From: an uncultured Phycisphaerales bacterium
GTDB lineage: Bacteria; Planctomycetota; Phycisphaerae; Sedimentisphaerales; Anaerobacaceae
Reading direction: 5' to 3'
NCBI GenBank assembly: GCA_963772725.1
Contig: CAVYYI010000001.1
Location: forward strand, 192,001 to 256,000
DNA length: 64,000 nucleotides
Of the stretch, positions 22,577-32,544 are shown piece by piece. Positions within the stretch are counted from its first letter, which is position 1; every line of letters begins with the position of its first letter. Position numbers and translations under genes: made by a program. The notes under the pieces are model-generated. The model searched no databases and was not told the origin of the DNA. It was given only the letters and a program-made list of their open reading frames with translations.

Positions 22577-23638
22577 ATGAGTAAGAAATTTATTGTTTTA
22601 GCTTTGATGCTGAGCTTAGTCAGTATCGCATCCGCTGCTCCGGCATTGTATTGGGACGGCAGTACTAACCAGGAATGGGGAACCGGCGACAACTGGAGCA
22701 CAGGACTTGTTCCGACTTCCGCACAGGACGCAGCTATCGATGTTACCACCAGTGGCGGTCCTAACCTTGGTACAGGCGACACGGGTATCTGCAAGTATGT
22801 CGACGTCGGGTATGCTGCAGGCACGACTGGTGCATTGACCGTAAGCGGCGGCAAGCTAACCGTAACAGATAAAGCTTATATCGGCTATTCCGGTACCGGC
22901 TCGCTTTCTATGACCGGCGGAACAATTGATGTTGTAAAGTATGATTTCATGATTGCCGCTTCCACTGGCTCTTCAGGTTCGATGGAAATGAGCGATGGAG
23001 TTATCCACGTTGGAAGGAAATTCATTGTAGGTGGCGGCGGGACAGGTTCGGGTACCGCATCATTCACTATGAGCGGCGGCTCTATCGGAGTTGTGATGGC
23101 GGGAAGCACACTTACACCTTATGACTTCCAAATGGCAAGCGCTGCCGGTGTTACCTGCACTGGAAATATGAGCGGCGGCACAATCACTGTTGCCAGAGAT
23201 TTCATCGCCAGCTTGGCCGGTACAGGTGTTTACACGATGACAGGCGGCGTAATTAACGTGATTGGTGGCAAGTTAAAACCCACTGGAAATGCCAGCAGCA
23301 ACGGAACGATTAACCTCGATGGCGGTACTGTTTATGCCAATGGTGTTTACTTTCGCCAATTTGACCCATTATATTTGGGATCGGCTACAGGTTTAATTAA
23401 CATAACCGGCGGCAAAATGGTTTTAGTTGACCTCGATGGTACGACCAAGACCCTTGTTGAGGGTTATGTTACCGGTGGCGGCATAAAAGGTTATGGTTTT
23501 GCCGACCTCGACCATGTGATTGTCAGCTACGACAGTGTTGCTCAAAGGACGACTGTAACAGCTGTTCCGGAACCAGCAACGATAACGCTGCTTGGTCTTG
23601 CAGGGTTGGTCTTGATTCGCAGGAGAAGACACGCCTAA
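22577..23638 (+). CDS. Gly-rich secreted PEP-CTERM (exosortase-sorted) surface protein
   Basis: Signal peptide MSKKFIVLALMLSLVSIASA and repeated G-x-x-x-x-x-GG units. The C-terminus is VPEPATITLLGLAGLVLIRRRR. GGAGG RBS precedes ATG 22577. Confidence 0.92.
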   Translation: MSKKFIVLALMLSLVSIASAAPALYWDGSTNQEWGTGDNWSTGLVPTSAQDAAIDVTTSGGPNLGTGDTGICKYVDVGYAAGTTGALTVSGGKLTVTDKAYIGYSGTGSLSMTGGTIDVVKYDFMIAASTGSSGSMEMSDGVIHVGRKFIVGGGGTGSGTASFTMSGGSIGVVMAGSTLTPYDFQMASAAGVTCTGNMSGGTITVARDFIASLAGTGVYTMTGGVINVIGGKLKPTGNASSNGTINLDGGTVYANGVYFRQFDPLYLGSATGLINITGGKMVLVDLDGTTKTLVEGYVTGGGIKGYGFADLDHVIVSYDSVAQRTTVTAVPEPATITLLGLAGLVLIRRRRHA

Positions 23639-23686
23639 TTGTTAAGGAATAAATCCTGATTAGAAGTGTGTGAATTTGTTTGACAT

Positions 23687-23721
23687 AGGCCTGTATCGTA
23701 TAATCCGGTACAGGCCTTTTT
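23687..23721 (+). terminator. rho-independent terminator between convergent genes
   Basis: Stem AGGCCTGTATCG / CGGTACAGGCCT followed by a T-run. Confidence 0.8.
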
Positions 23722-23759
23722 CATTTAAGATTAACTGCCACCTTATTTACATATTATCG

Positions 23760-25241
23760 CTAAATCCATATCGACTTGAGATTCCAGATGTTTAGGATTT
23801 GAATTTTAGCTTGGCCGTTTTTGGTAAATATTTCCAGTGTTTTATTGTCTGCGTCGATTGGAAAACCCATTAAGATGGATTTCCAGCCATCATTGGCGAA
23901 GATTTCGATACTTACACGGTCAATGAGTATGTGGAGTTTAATCTTACCATTGATGGCAGGCAGGTCGATTTTCCTATCAGCGGTTGAAAGAGTTTTGTCT
24001 TTTGCATTATAGACTAAGGGGGTTCCGCGGAGTGTAAAGCCGACTTCCGATGCGTCAGCTGGTTCTATCTCGGTTTCGATTTCAAAAAGCTCTCCTGATA
24101 TGTCGGAGAGAATATTTTCGCCTGGTTTGAGAAAAATATCTTTCCAGGATTGTTCTTTTTCGCGTAACCCCTTAATTTCTCTGACAGGAACGCGGCACAA
24201 GCGAACACCCTCAGGAGTTGTCCGAAGGGTAAGTTCGCAGGGTATCGACATCTGCTGGCTAAAAGGCATATCAGGATATTTGCCGCCTTTGAGCCATGCG
24301 ATTTGTATTCTTCGGCCATCTGATTTTGGAATATCGCTCCATGTCTGGGCGGCGTAGAAGGTATAAGGTTTTTCACAGGATACAAGCGACTCTGTTTCGG
24401 GAGTAAATTTATTTCCATCAAAACTCCCGAGCATGTATCTGCATGTTGCGCCCCAAAAGACCCATTTTTTATTATTCGAATTGCCGTCAACGGGCAGTTC
24501 AAAGAAATCCGGGCATTCGTGGTTTGAGGGAAGCATGAACTCCTGTAGTTTAGTCCATTGTTTGAAGTCCTTTGAGGACAGCAGGCAGAAAACACCTTTT
24601 TCAAGATATATAACCATAATCCATTTTTTCCCAGGTTCATACCAGAAAACTTTTGGGTCGCGATTGGCGCCTCTGATATTGGGCACGACGGGATTGTTTT
24701 TATATTTAGTCCAGGTTTTGCCGCGGTCATTACTATAAGCGATACACTGCGTATAAGGTTTTGGAACCGGGGCATGCTCGCCTGCTGCGGTGTAAAATGC
24801 GACCAGCACATCTTCTTTGCCTGTTTTAAAGCCGCCGGTATTGTTCCAGTCCACAACAGCAGAACCGGAATATATGGCACCAAGGTCATCCGGTTCAATG
24901 GCATTGGGCAGTTGTTTCCAGTGTATAAGGTCAGCACTAACGGCGTGACCCCAGGTCTGGTTAGCAAACTTGACCTTTATGTTAAAAGGGTCATGCTGGA
25001 AGAACAAATGATATTCGCCCTTATAGTAAACCAGACCGTTCGGGTCGTTCATCCAGTTTTTTTGTGGGGTAAAATGAAACTGCGGCCGGTACTTTTCATG
25101 GTATAAAATATCGGTGGCGAGTTTTTCTTTGTTTTCGGCGGCCAATACCTGATTAGTAAATATCATTGGAAAACCTGCTGATGCTGTAACAAAACCCGCC
25201 GTCTTTAAAAATTCGCGTCTGTTCACGCATTTATCAAGCAT
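23760..25241 (-). CDS. GH32 glycoside hydrolase (levanase/beta-fructofuranosidase-like), Tat-exported
   Basis: Catalytic motifs WMNDPNG, RDP and ECP. Twin-arginine motif NRREFLK. AAGGAG RBS precedes ATG 25241. Confidence 0.92.
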   Translation of the reverse strand: MLDKCVNRREFLKTAGFVTASAGFPMIFTNQVLAAENKEKLATDILYHEKYRPQFHFTPQKNWMNDPNGLVYYKGEYHLFFQHDPFNIKVKFANQTWGHAVSADLIHWKQLPNAIEPDDLGAIYSGSAVVDWNNTGGFKTGKEDVLVAFYTAAGEHAPVPKPYTQCIAYSNDRGKTWTKYKNNPVVPNIRGANRDPKVFWYEPGKKWIMVIYLEKGVFCLLSSKDFKQWTKLQEFMLPSNHECPDFFELPVDGNSNNKKWVFWGATCRYMLGSFDGNKFTPETESLVSCEKPYTFYAAQTWSDIPKSDGRRIQIAWLKGGKYPDMPFSQQMSIPCELTLRTTPEGVRLCRVPVREIKGLREKEQSWKDIFLKPGENILSDISGELFEIETEIEPADASEVGFTLRGTPLVYNAKDKTLSTADRKIDLPAINGKIKLHILIDRVSIEIFANDGWKSILMGFPIDADNKTLEIFTKNGQAKIQILNIWNLKSIWI

Positions 25242-25311
25242 ATAGAACTCCTTTATGTCGTTATCTATGCTTTCCTGGAGATTACTTTTTTTCATATTAG
25301 CTTAGCAGCTA

Positions 25312-25351
25312 AATATAACATATTTCATCTCCGAGCCAACGCCATTTTGCG
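25312..25351 (-). promoter_or_regulatory. partial copy of the operator/promoter (proximal half-site only) driving GH32
   Basis: The reverse strand reads CGCAAAATGGCGTTGGCT, a 16-bp spacer, then TATATT. CGCAAAATGGCGTTG is identical to copies 6 and 7. The distal half-site is not conserved. Confidence 0.6.
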
Positions 25352-25438
25352 CAATTAAATATTATAGTTTCTGCTCAAAAAGCAAAACTAAATCTGAGCC
25401 ATTTCCACAGACTTTAGTTGCAAGATCAAAGACGCTAT

Positions 25439-25502
25439 GTCGCAAAAAAGTTAATTTTTGACGCATAATGGTGTTGCGTATGAAGAATAAAACTATTAGA
25501 AT
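25439..25502 (+). promoter_or_regulatory. 21-bp direct-repeat operator + promoter, copy 2 (rhamnose operon)
   Basis: CGCAAAAA (25441), CGCATAAT (25462), TTGCGT (25474), a 17-bp spacer, then TAGAAT (25497). Confidence 0.8.
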
Positions 25503-25634
25503 GTGGGATAATGGTTTATAAAATGGTTGACCGGTAAGATTAAAAGGCTTAGTCTTCTTTAAAGTTTGCTCGGAAAGCAGAAGGCCTTTAGGAAAATCAT
25601 TTTAAGTAATGAAGTTGCAAGTGGATTTGTTGAT

Positions 25635-26723
25635 ATGGACGGAACAAAAAATATATCGTATCTTCTTAATAATATTACTGAATTATCACATGAATTTGGA
25701 ACCACAGATTATGTTCGCGGGGGCGGCGGCAATACCTCGGTAAAAGACGAAGACACTGTTTGGGTGAAGCCCTCGGGAACAACCCTCTCTGGTTTAACGC
25801 CGGATTCGTTTATAGCTTTGGACAGGAAAAAACTCGCACATTTATACCAGATAACGCCGCCGTCAGATTCGGCTGCTCGCGAGTCTCTTGTTAAAGACAT
25901 AATGGCTTCTGCCATAAAGTCAGGCCGAAATGCAAGGCCGTCAGTTGAATCGCCTTTGCATGATTCATTTACCGGCCGATACGTTGTTCACACTCATCCT
26001 GCACTGGTCAATGGTATGACCTGTGCCGCACAAGGCGCCAAAACCTGCAAAGAATTATTTGCAGATTCGTTGTGGATTGATTATGTGGACCCCGGTTATA
26101 CTCTTTGTATGCACGTGCGCCAATGTATCGAAGATTACGAGAAAAAACATGGGCATCAGCCCGAGGTCGTTTTCCTGCAGAATCATGGCGTTTTTGTTGC
26201 AGGCGATTCTCCGCAGCAAATCCGAAATAAGTATGCCGAAATTATGCAGGCCCTCAAAGAACAATATCGTAAGGCGGGCATATCAACAACGCTTCAAATT
26301 CCTAAAATAACCTCTGTTGAAAAAACAGAAGCTATGAAAAAAAAAATCCGTGAAGTGTTCGGGCAAGAAAAGGCGGCGTTTATTGAAGTGTGCGGCAAAA
26401 TCCGTATCGCTGACGGCCCCATATCGCCGGACCATATTGTTTATTCCAAATCCTATCCTTTCATCGGAGAGCCAACGGAAAAAGGCATTAACCGGTTTAT
26501 CAACAAGCATGGCTATTCTCCGGTTATAATAAACTGGGAAAATTTAATCTTTGCCATAGGGGCCAATCGAAATGCTGTGTTTCTCGCACTGGAGCTTGCA
26601 AAAGATGGTGCATTGGTTTTGCAATTGACAGAAGCCTTCGGAGGCATTACCTATATGAATCGCAAAGCAACGGATTTTATTGAAAACTGGGAAGTCGAAA
26701 TTTACAGAAAAAAACAAATATAA
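25635..26723 (+). CDS. class II aldolase/adducin family protein (probable rhamnulose-1-phosphate aldolase)
   Basis: Motifs GGGGNTSVK, PSVE, VHTHP, LQNHG and PDHIVY. It lies directly upstream of rhaA. Confidence 0.8.
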   Translation: MDGTKNISYLLNNITELSHEFGTTDYVRGGGGNTSVKDEDTVWVKPSGTTLSGLTPDSFIALDRKKLAHLYQITPPSDSAARESLVKDIMASAIKSGRNARPSVESPLHDSFTGRYVVHTHPALVNGMTCAAQGAKTCKELFADSLWIDYVDPGYTLCMHVRQCIEDYEKKHGHQPEVVFLQNHGVFVAGDSPQQIRNKYAEIMQALKEQYRKAGISTTLQIPKITSVEKTEAMKKKIREVFGQEKAAFIEVCGKIRIADGPISPDHIVYSKSYPFIGEPTEKGINRFINKHGYSPVIINWENLIFAIGANRNAVFLALELAKDGALVLQLTEAFGGITYMNRKATDFIENWEVEIYRKKQI

Positions 26724-26747
26724 CTTAAAATATTGGGAGTATTGATT

Positions 26748-28019
26748 ATGGCTAAAGACAAAGTTGTCGAGCAGGCCTACGCTGCAGCAAAACAGCAGTA
26801 TGCCGATTTGGGTGTTGATACTGATAAAGTAATGAAGAAGCTGGCTGGCGCGGCAATATCCCTGCAGTGCTGGCAGGGCGATGACGTCAGCGGTTTCGAA
26901 AAAGCCGGCGCCGAACTCTCTGGCGGCGGCATCCAGGCCACCGGTAACTATCCCGGTAAAGCCCGCACAATTTCGGAACTTCGCAGCGACCTCAACATGG
27001 CATTAGGCCTGATACCTGGCAAACATCGTTTGAATCTTCACGCCTGCTATCTCGATAATAAAGGCAAATTTATCGAGCGTAATAATATTGGCCCGGAGCA
27101 TTTCCAAAGCTGGATAGACTGGGCTAAGCAAAAAGGTATGGGGCTCGATTTCAACCCGACATATTTTTCTCATCCCAAAGCGGATGACGGTTTCACTCTC
27201 AGTAACAGCGATAAAGGAATAAGAAAATTCTGGATTGAGCATGGTATTGCCTGCCGCAAAATATCAGAGCAAATGGGCAAAGAACTTGGAACCCCATGCG
27301 TAACTAATTTCTGGATTCCCGACGGCTATAAAGATATTCCCATAGACAGGAAAGGCCCTCGTCAGAGGCTCGTTGAGTCACTCGATGCTATTTTCGCTGA
27401 AAAGCTCAATCCCAAGTATCACCGCGATGCCGTTGAGGCAAAACTATTTGGTATCGGCTCAGAAAGCTATGTCGTCGGTTCGCATGAATTTTACATGGGT
27501 TATGCCGTAAGTCGTAAAACTATATTGTGCCTCGATGCCGGCCATTTTCATCCGACCGAAGTAATCTCCGATAAACTTTCATCTATTTTTTCTTTTCTCG
27601 ATGAAATTCTTCTGCATGTAAGCCGCGGAGTCAGGTGGGATAGCGACCATGTTGTTATTTTGAATGATGAGCTCTGCGCAATATCACAGGAGCTTGTAAG
27701 GGGCGGCTATCTCGACAGGGTGCACATCGGACTCGATTTCTTTGATGCCAGTATTAACCGTATTGCCGCGTGGGTAATCGGCACTCGCAATATGATTAAA
27801 TCGCTTTTGATTGCAATGCTCGAACCAATTGAAAAGCTGCGGGAACTGGAAAACCGCGGCGACTTTACCTCACGCCTTGCAATGCTCGAAGAGCTAAAGA
27901 CACTGCCCTACGGAAGCGTCTGGGACGAATACTGCAGGCAGATGGAAACGCCTGTGGGTGCTGCCTGGCTCAATGAGGTAAAACAATACGAAAAAACGGT
28001 GTTGAAGCTTCGCAAATAA
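26748..28019 (+). CDS. rhaA: L-rhamnose isomerase
   Basis: Motifs [46 protein letters not shown] and VRWDSDHV. Confidence 0.96.
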   Translation: MAKDKVVEQAYAAAKQQYADLGVDTDKVMKKLAGAAISLQCWQGDDVSGFEKAGAELSGGGIQATGNYPGKARTISELRSDLNMALGLIPGKHRLNLHACYLDNKGKFIERNNIGPEHFQSWIDWAKQKGMGLDFNPTYFSHPKADDGFTLSNSDKGIRKFWIEHGIACRKISEQMGKELGTPCVTNFWIPDGYKDIPIDRKGPRQRLVESLDAIFAEKLNPKYHRDAVEAKLFGIGSESYVVGSHEFYMGYAVSRKTILCLDAGHFHPTEVISDKLSSIFSFLDEILLHVSRGVRWDSDHVVILNDELCAISQELVRGGYLDRVHIGLDFFDASINRIAAWVIGTRNMIKSLLIAMLEPIEKLRELENRGDFTSRLAMLEELKTLPYGSVWDEYCRQMETPVGAAWLNEVKQYEKTVLKLRK

Positions 28020-28047
28020 TTAAGTTCATTTTTTTAGGGAGAAAATT

Positions 28048-29124
28048 ATGAATCCAGAATCAATGACTAATCCAGCGTTGGGAGTGTTTATTTTTACACT
28101 GGGCGGACTGGCAGGAGCCATATTCTACCTGCCGTTCAAGAAGGTTAAGAACTGGGCGTGGGAGAGCTACTGGCTTGTGTATGCCGTGGCGGGACTGCTG
28201 GTTGTACCCTGGCTGCTGGCGTTCGCAATGTCGCCGAACGTGATAAGTGTACTGAAGGTTTCGCCCCGAAACGAACTGTGGTACTGCTATCTGTGTGGAG
28301 CGGCCTGGGGTATTGGAGGACTGACCTGGGGCCTGATGATACGATACCTCGGCGTAGGGCTGGGTCTGGCCATTGGCTGTGGACTATGCTCTGCATCAGG
28401 AACACTGATACCCAAGATGCTTAAAGGCGAGTTTGGCCAGTTATTTGAGCCGGGCAGCGGTATTACTTCTTTGATAGGTGTGCTGGTGTCACTTGTCGGT
28501 ATCGTGCTGATTGGTATGGCAGGGATGTCCAAAGAAAATGAACTGCCTGAGGAAGCAAAGAAAAAGGCAGTCGCGGAATTCAACTTCAAAAAAGGCATCA
28601 TGGTTGCAATATTTTCCGGCCTGATGAGTTCGGCTATGAGCTTTGGCCTTCAGGGCGGAACGACGATTGAGACCTTGGCGATGGCGACGCAGCCGGTTAC
28701 TTCTACCGCATGGAAAGGGATGCCGGTGCTTGTCATTGTGCTGCTGGGTGGCTTTACCATCAATTTTCTGTGGTGTCTGCTGCTCAACATAAAGAACAAA
28801 ACTGTGGGCGACTATGCTAAGGCAAATACGCCGCTGGCAGGAAACCTCGTCTTTGCGGGTTTGGCGGGCGCAATCTGGTGTTCCCAGTTTATATGTTTCA
28901 AAACTGCTGAGCCGGCGATGGGTAAGATAGCCTACGTTGGCTGGGCGGTATTGATGGCCAGCGCCATCATGTTCAGCTCACTTTTGGGTATTTTACTGGG
29001 CGAATGGAAGGGTACTAGCCTACGTACGCGTATCCTGCTTGGCATTGGTTTGGCTGTTCTTATTGGTTCGACAGTTATAGTTGGTTATGGAAATTATTTA
29101 GGAATAGCGGCGCAGTCTTATTAA
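28048..29124 (+). CDS. rhaT: L-rhamnose/proton symporter
   Basis: Motifs FYLPFKKVKNWAWE, WGIGGLTWGL..RYLG and LGEWKG. About 10 TM segments, in a rha context. Confidence 0.9.
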   Translation: MNPESMTNPALGVFIFTLGGLAGAIFYLPFKKVKNWAWESYWLVYAVAGLLVVPWLLAFAMSPNVISVLKVSPRNELWYCYLCGAAWGIGGLTWGLMIRYLGVGLGLAIGCGLCSASGTLIPKMLKGEFGQLFEPGSGITSLIGVLVSLVGIVLIGMAGMSKENELPEEAKKKAVAEFNFKKGIMVAIFSGLMSSAMSFGLQGGTTIETLAMATQPVTSTAWKGMPVLVIVLLGGFTINFLWCLLLNIKNKTVGDYAKANTPLAGNLVFAGLAGAIWCSQFICFKTAEPAMGKIAYVGWAVLMASAIMFSSLLGILLGEWKGTSLRTRILLGIGLAVLIGSTVIVGYGNYLGIAAQSY

Positions 29125-29211
29125 AAATTAAAAGGATGGAAATCGTAAATCGGGTTGAATGTTTTTGTTCTGTTATGAATTTTTATCTTATTGTGGATTT
29201 GGGGATAAAAA

Positions 29212-32200
29212 ATGGAAAAGTTAGTAATTCGTAAAGTAATTTTGCCATATATTGTAATGGCATTTTATGTAGCAGGAACTCAATGTTTCGCAGCGAATGC
29301 TAAGGCTCAAACAGAACAAAAGTCTGGTTCGGCGACTGTTTTCGATTTATATCCTCGCAATTATTCCAGCGAGCTTGATATGCAATTGTTTCGTCAGCCA
29401 ACAGCGGAATATCGCGGAACGCCGTTCTGGAGCTGGAATAACAAACTCGATTTGCAGCAGCTTCTCCGTCAACTCGATTATTTTAAGGAAATGGGTTTTG
29501 GCGGGGTTACAATCCACTGTCGTACAGGGCTTGGTACGGAATACCTTGGACAGGAATATCTGCAAATTGTAAAGACCTGCGATGCGAAAGCCAAAAATTT
29601 GGGAATGCTTACCTGGCTTTATGATGAAGACCGCTGGCCATCAGGTTTTGCGGGAGGGCTGGTTACAAAGGATGAGCAATATCGCTCCAAACAACTGAGG
29701 TTTACGACAATGCCGAATAAAAGTTCCTCAGATAAAAGTGTGCTGCTGGCACGTTATGAAGTTCAACTTAAAAATGGGTATCTTGAAAGTTATCGGTTGC
29801 TGAAAAAAGATGAAATTGCTTCGCTGGCCGGAAAACTCTGGTATGCGTACCTCGAACCCGAAATGTCAAAGCCTGACCCGTGGTACAATAATCAGACTTA
29901 TGTGGATACCCTGAACAAAAAGGCAATTGAACGTTTCATTGAAGTAACGCATGAACGGTATTTTTCTGCTGTTGGTGATGAGTTTGGCAAATCGATACCG
30001 GCTATTTTTACCGACGAGCCGCATTACAAGTCGCTCAACAAACAGTATCTGGCGCGACCTGATGAAATACGGGATATTTGTATTCCCTTTACCACAGATT
30101 TTTTTGAAACGTATCAGAAAGCTTATAACCAGAAACTAATAAACCATTTACCGGAGCTTTTCTGGGAACTGCCCGCCGGCAAGGCGTCTGTGGTTAGATA
30201 CTGCTATTACGACCATCTGTCCGAACGTTTCGCCGCAGCCTTTGGTGATACGATAGGCCGGTGGTGTGATAAGCATAATATTGCCCTGACCGGACATCCA
30301 CTCGCTGAAGCGGCGTTAGGTTCGCAGACCAATGTTGCAGGCGAATGTATGCGTTTCTATCGCAGCTTCGGGATTCCCGGCATCGATATGCTCTTAGACC
30401 GTCTTGAATACACCACTGCCAAGCAGGCACAAAGTGCGTTCCCATCAGTACGGTCGGCCAGGTGTGCTGAGCGAACTATACGGCGTAACAGGCTGGCATT
30501 TTGATTTTGTCGGCCACAAAGCACAGGGCGATTGGCAGGCTGCGCTCGGAGTAACAGTACGTGTTCCACACTTGTCTTGGGTCTCGATGGCCGGTGAAGC
30601 CAAACGCGATTATCCGGCTTCTATTTTCTACCAATCTCCATGGTACAGGGAATATAAATTAATTGAGGATTATTTTGGTCGCATTAATACAGCTATGACG
30701 CGAGGAACTCCGGCAGTGCGTATTGGTGTTATCCACCCCATTGAATCCTACTGGCTCTGCTGTGGGCCGCTCAACCAGACTGAAAAGGAAAGAAACAAAC
30801 AGGAAGAAAACTTTGCAAATCTTACAAAATGGCTTTTGTTTTCATTGATGGATTTTGATTTCATCTGCGAATCGACTTTGCCGGTTCAATGTCCAAAGCA
30901 GAAAGGCTCCCGATTTAGAGTAGGTCAAATGGCTTATGATGCTGTCATTGTTCCGGATTTGCGGACGATACGGTCAACAACGCTTGACCGGCTTGAGGCT
31001 TTCGCCAAAGCGGGTGGCAAAGTTGTCTTCGCAGGCGCAATTCCTTCGCTGGTTGATGCTCAGACATCAGACAGGCCGATGCAACTGGCAAAGCAATGCA
31101 CGCAAGTCGATTTCAACTCTTCGCAAATCGTTGCAGCGATAGAACCGTATCGGCTAATTGATTCGCATCTTGCCGATGGTAAAAGGACAGAGTCTTTACT
31201 GTACCAGATGCGCATCGATGGGACTCAACGACATATCTTTTTCTGCAACACCGACCGCGAGCATCCATTGGACAACACGAGTATTCGCATTAGCGGCGAC
31301 TGGAATGTTACATTACTTAATACATTTGACGGCACAAGCCGGCCGTTAGCCGTAAAGCGTAAAAAAGGTGAGTCTACAATTGTTCCTTGGAGTTTTCCTG
31401 CTCATGGCAGTCTGCTGCTGACGCTGAACCCCGGTTTTAAGCCGGTAAGCGAATTGCCGACAGTACAGTGGCAGGATTATTCACAACTCGATAGCCCTGT
31501 GAAAGTTACGCTCTCTGAACGCAATGTTTTGCTGCTTGACCAGGCACAGTGGAAGTTTAATGATGAACCATGGCAGGGGGCGGAAGAGATTTTGCGGATA
31601 GAAAACCTGGTTCGTGCTCGTTTGAAACTCGGAGAAAAGAGCGGTCATATCGTTCAGCCATGGGCTGACCGCAGCCCTGCCCAGGAACTGGCAAAAGTAA
31701 GTCTGAAATACGCAGTTGACTGTAGCGTGGAAGTGAATGAGCCGCTGCTGGCACTGGAAGAGCCGCAGCAGGTTCATCTGCAGCTTGACGGCAAAAACAT
31801 ATCGATAACTGATACCGGATATTTCACGGATGAGGCTATACGAACTGTGCGACTGCCGAAACTGACAACCGGAACGCACGAAATCGTATTGACGATGCCT
31901 TTTACTCGCAAGACAAATCTTGAATGGTGTTATCTGCTTGGTAATTTCGGCGTTAATATCGAAGGCCGTAAAGCACAGATTATCGCGCCGGTACATACGC
32001 TTACTTTCGGAGACTGGACGCAGCAGGGTTTGCCGTTTTATGCCGGCAATGTTACCTATCACTGCACATTGGATGGCGGAGACAAACCGGTTGCCATTGT
32101 AGTCGATAAGTTTAAAGCACCACTATTATCGGTAAATCTTGACGGACGACTTGCAGGCAAGATTGCCTTTGCGCCATACAGACTGGAGCTTGGTGTGTTG

Positions 32201-32401
32201 TTTCAGGGTAAGCATAAATTGGATATAACTGCGTACGGCAATCGCGCAAACGCTTTTGGCATAGTTCATAATACGGACAAATCTCTATCCTGGTATGGTC
32301 CGGGCGCATGGCGAAGCACAGGTGAAAAATGGTCTTATGATTACCAGTTAAAGCCTATGGGCATCCTTGTGGCCCCTTCAGTGCAAAAACCTATTCGCTG
32401 A
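29212..32401 (+). CDS. GH106-like alpha-L-rhamnosidase (frameshift near 30440)
   Basis: Signal peptide, plus PFWSWN, WLYDEDRWPSG, IFTDEP, GEAKRDYP and GLPFYAG. The pieces are ORFs 29212-30504 and 30404-32401. It follows rhaA/rhaT. Confidence 0.78.
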
Positions 32402-32429
32402 TATAAATTGCGTTGCGAACCCCAAAAAA

Positions 32430-32492
32430 GTCGCAAAATGGTTAAAGATTTACGCAAAATAAGGTTGACAGGCGAAACTTAGTTGATACAAT
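32430..32492 (+). promoter_or_regulatory. 21-bp direct-repeat operator + promoter, copy 3 (TPR/RCC1 operon)
   Basis: CGCAAAAT (32432), CGCAAAAT (32453), TTGACA (32465), a 16-bp spacer, then TACAAT (32487). Confidence 0.85.
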
Positions 32493-32544
32493 CCTAAAGA
32501 CTGGTATAATGCGTATACTTACTATTTTTGTTTTTAGATAAAGG

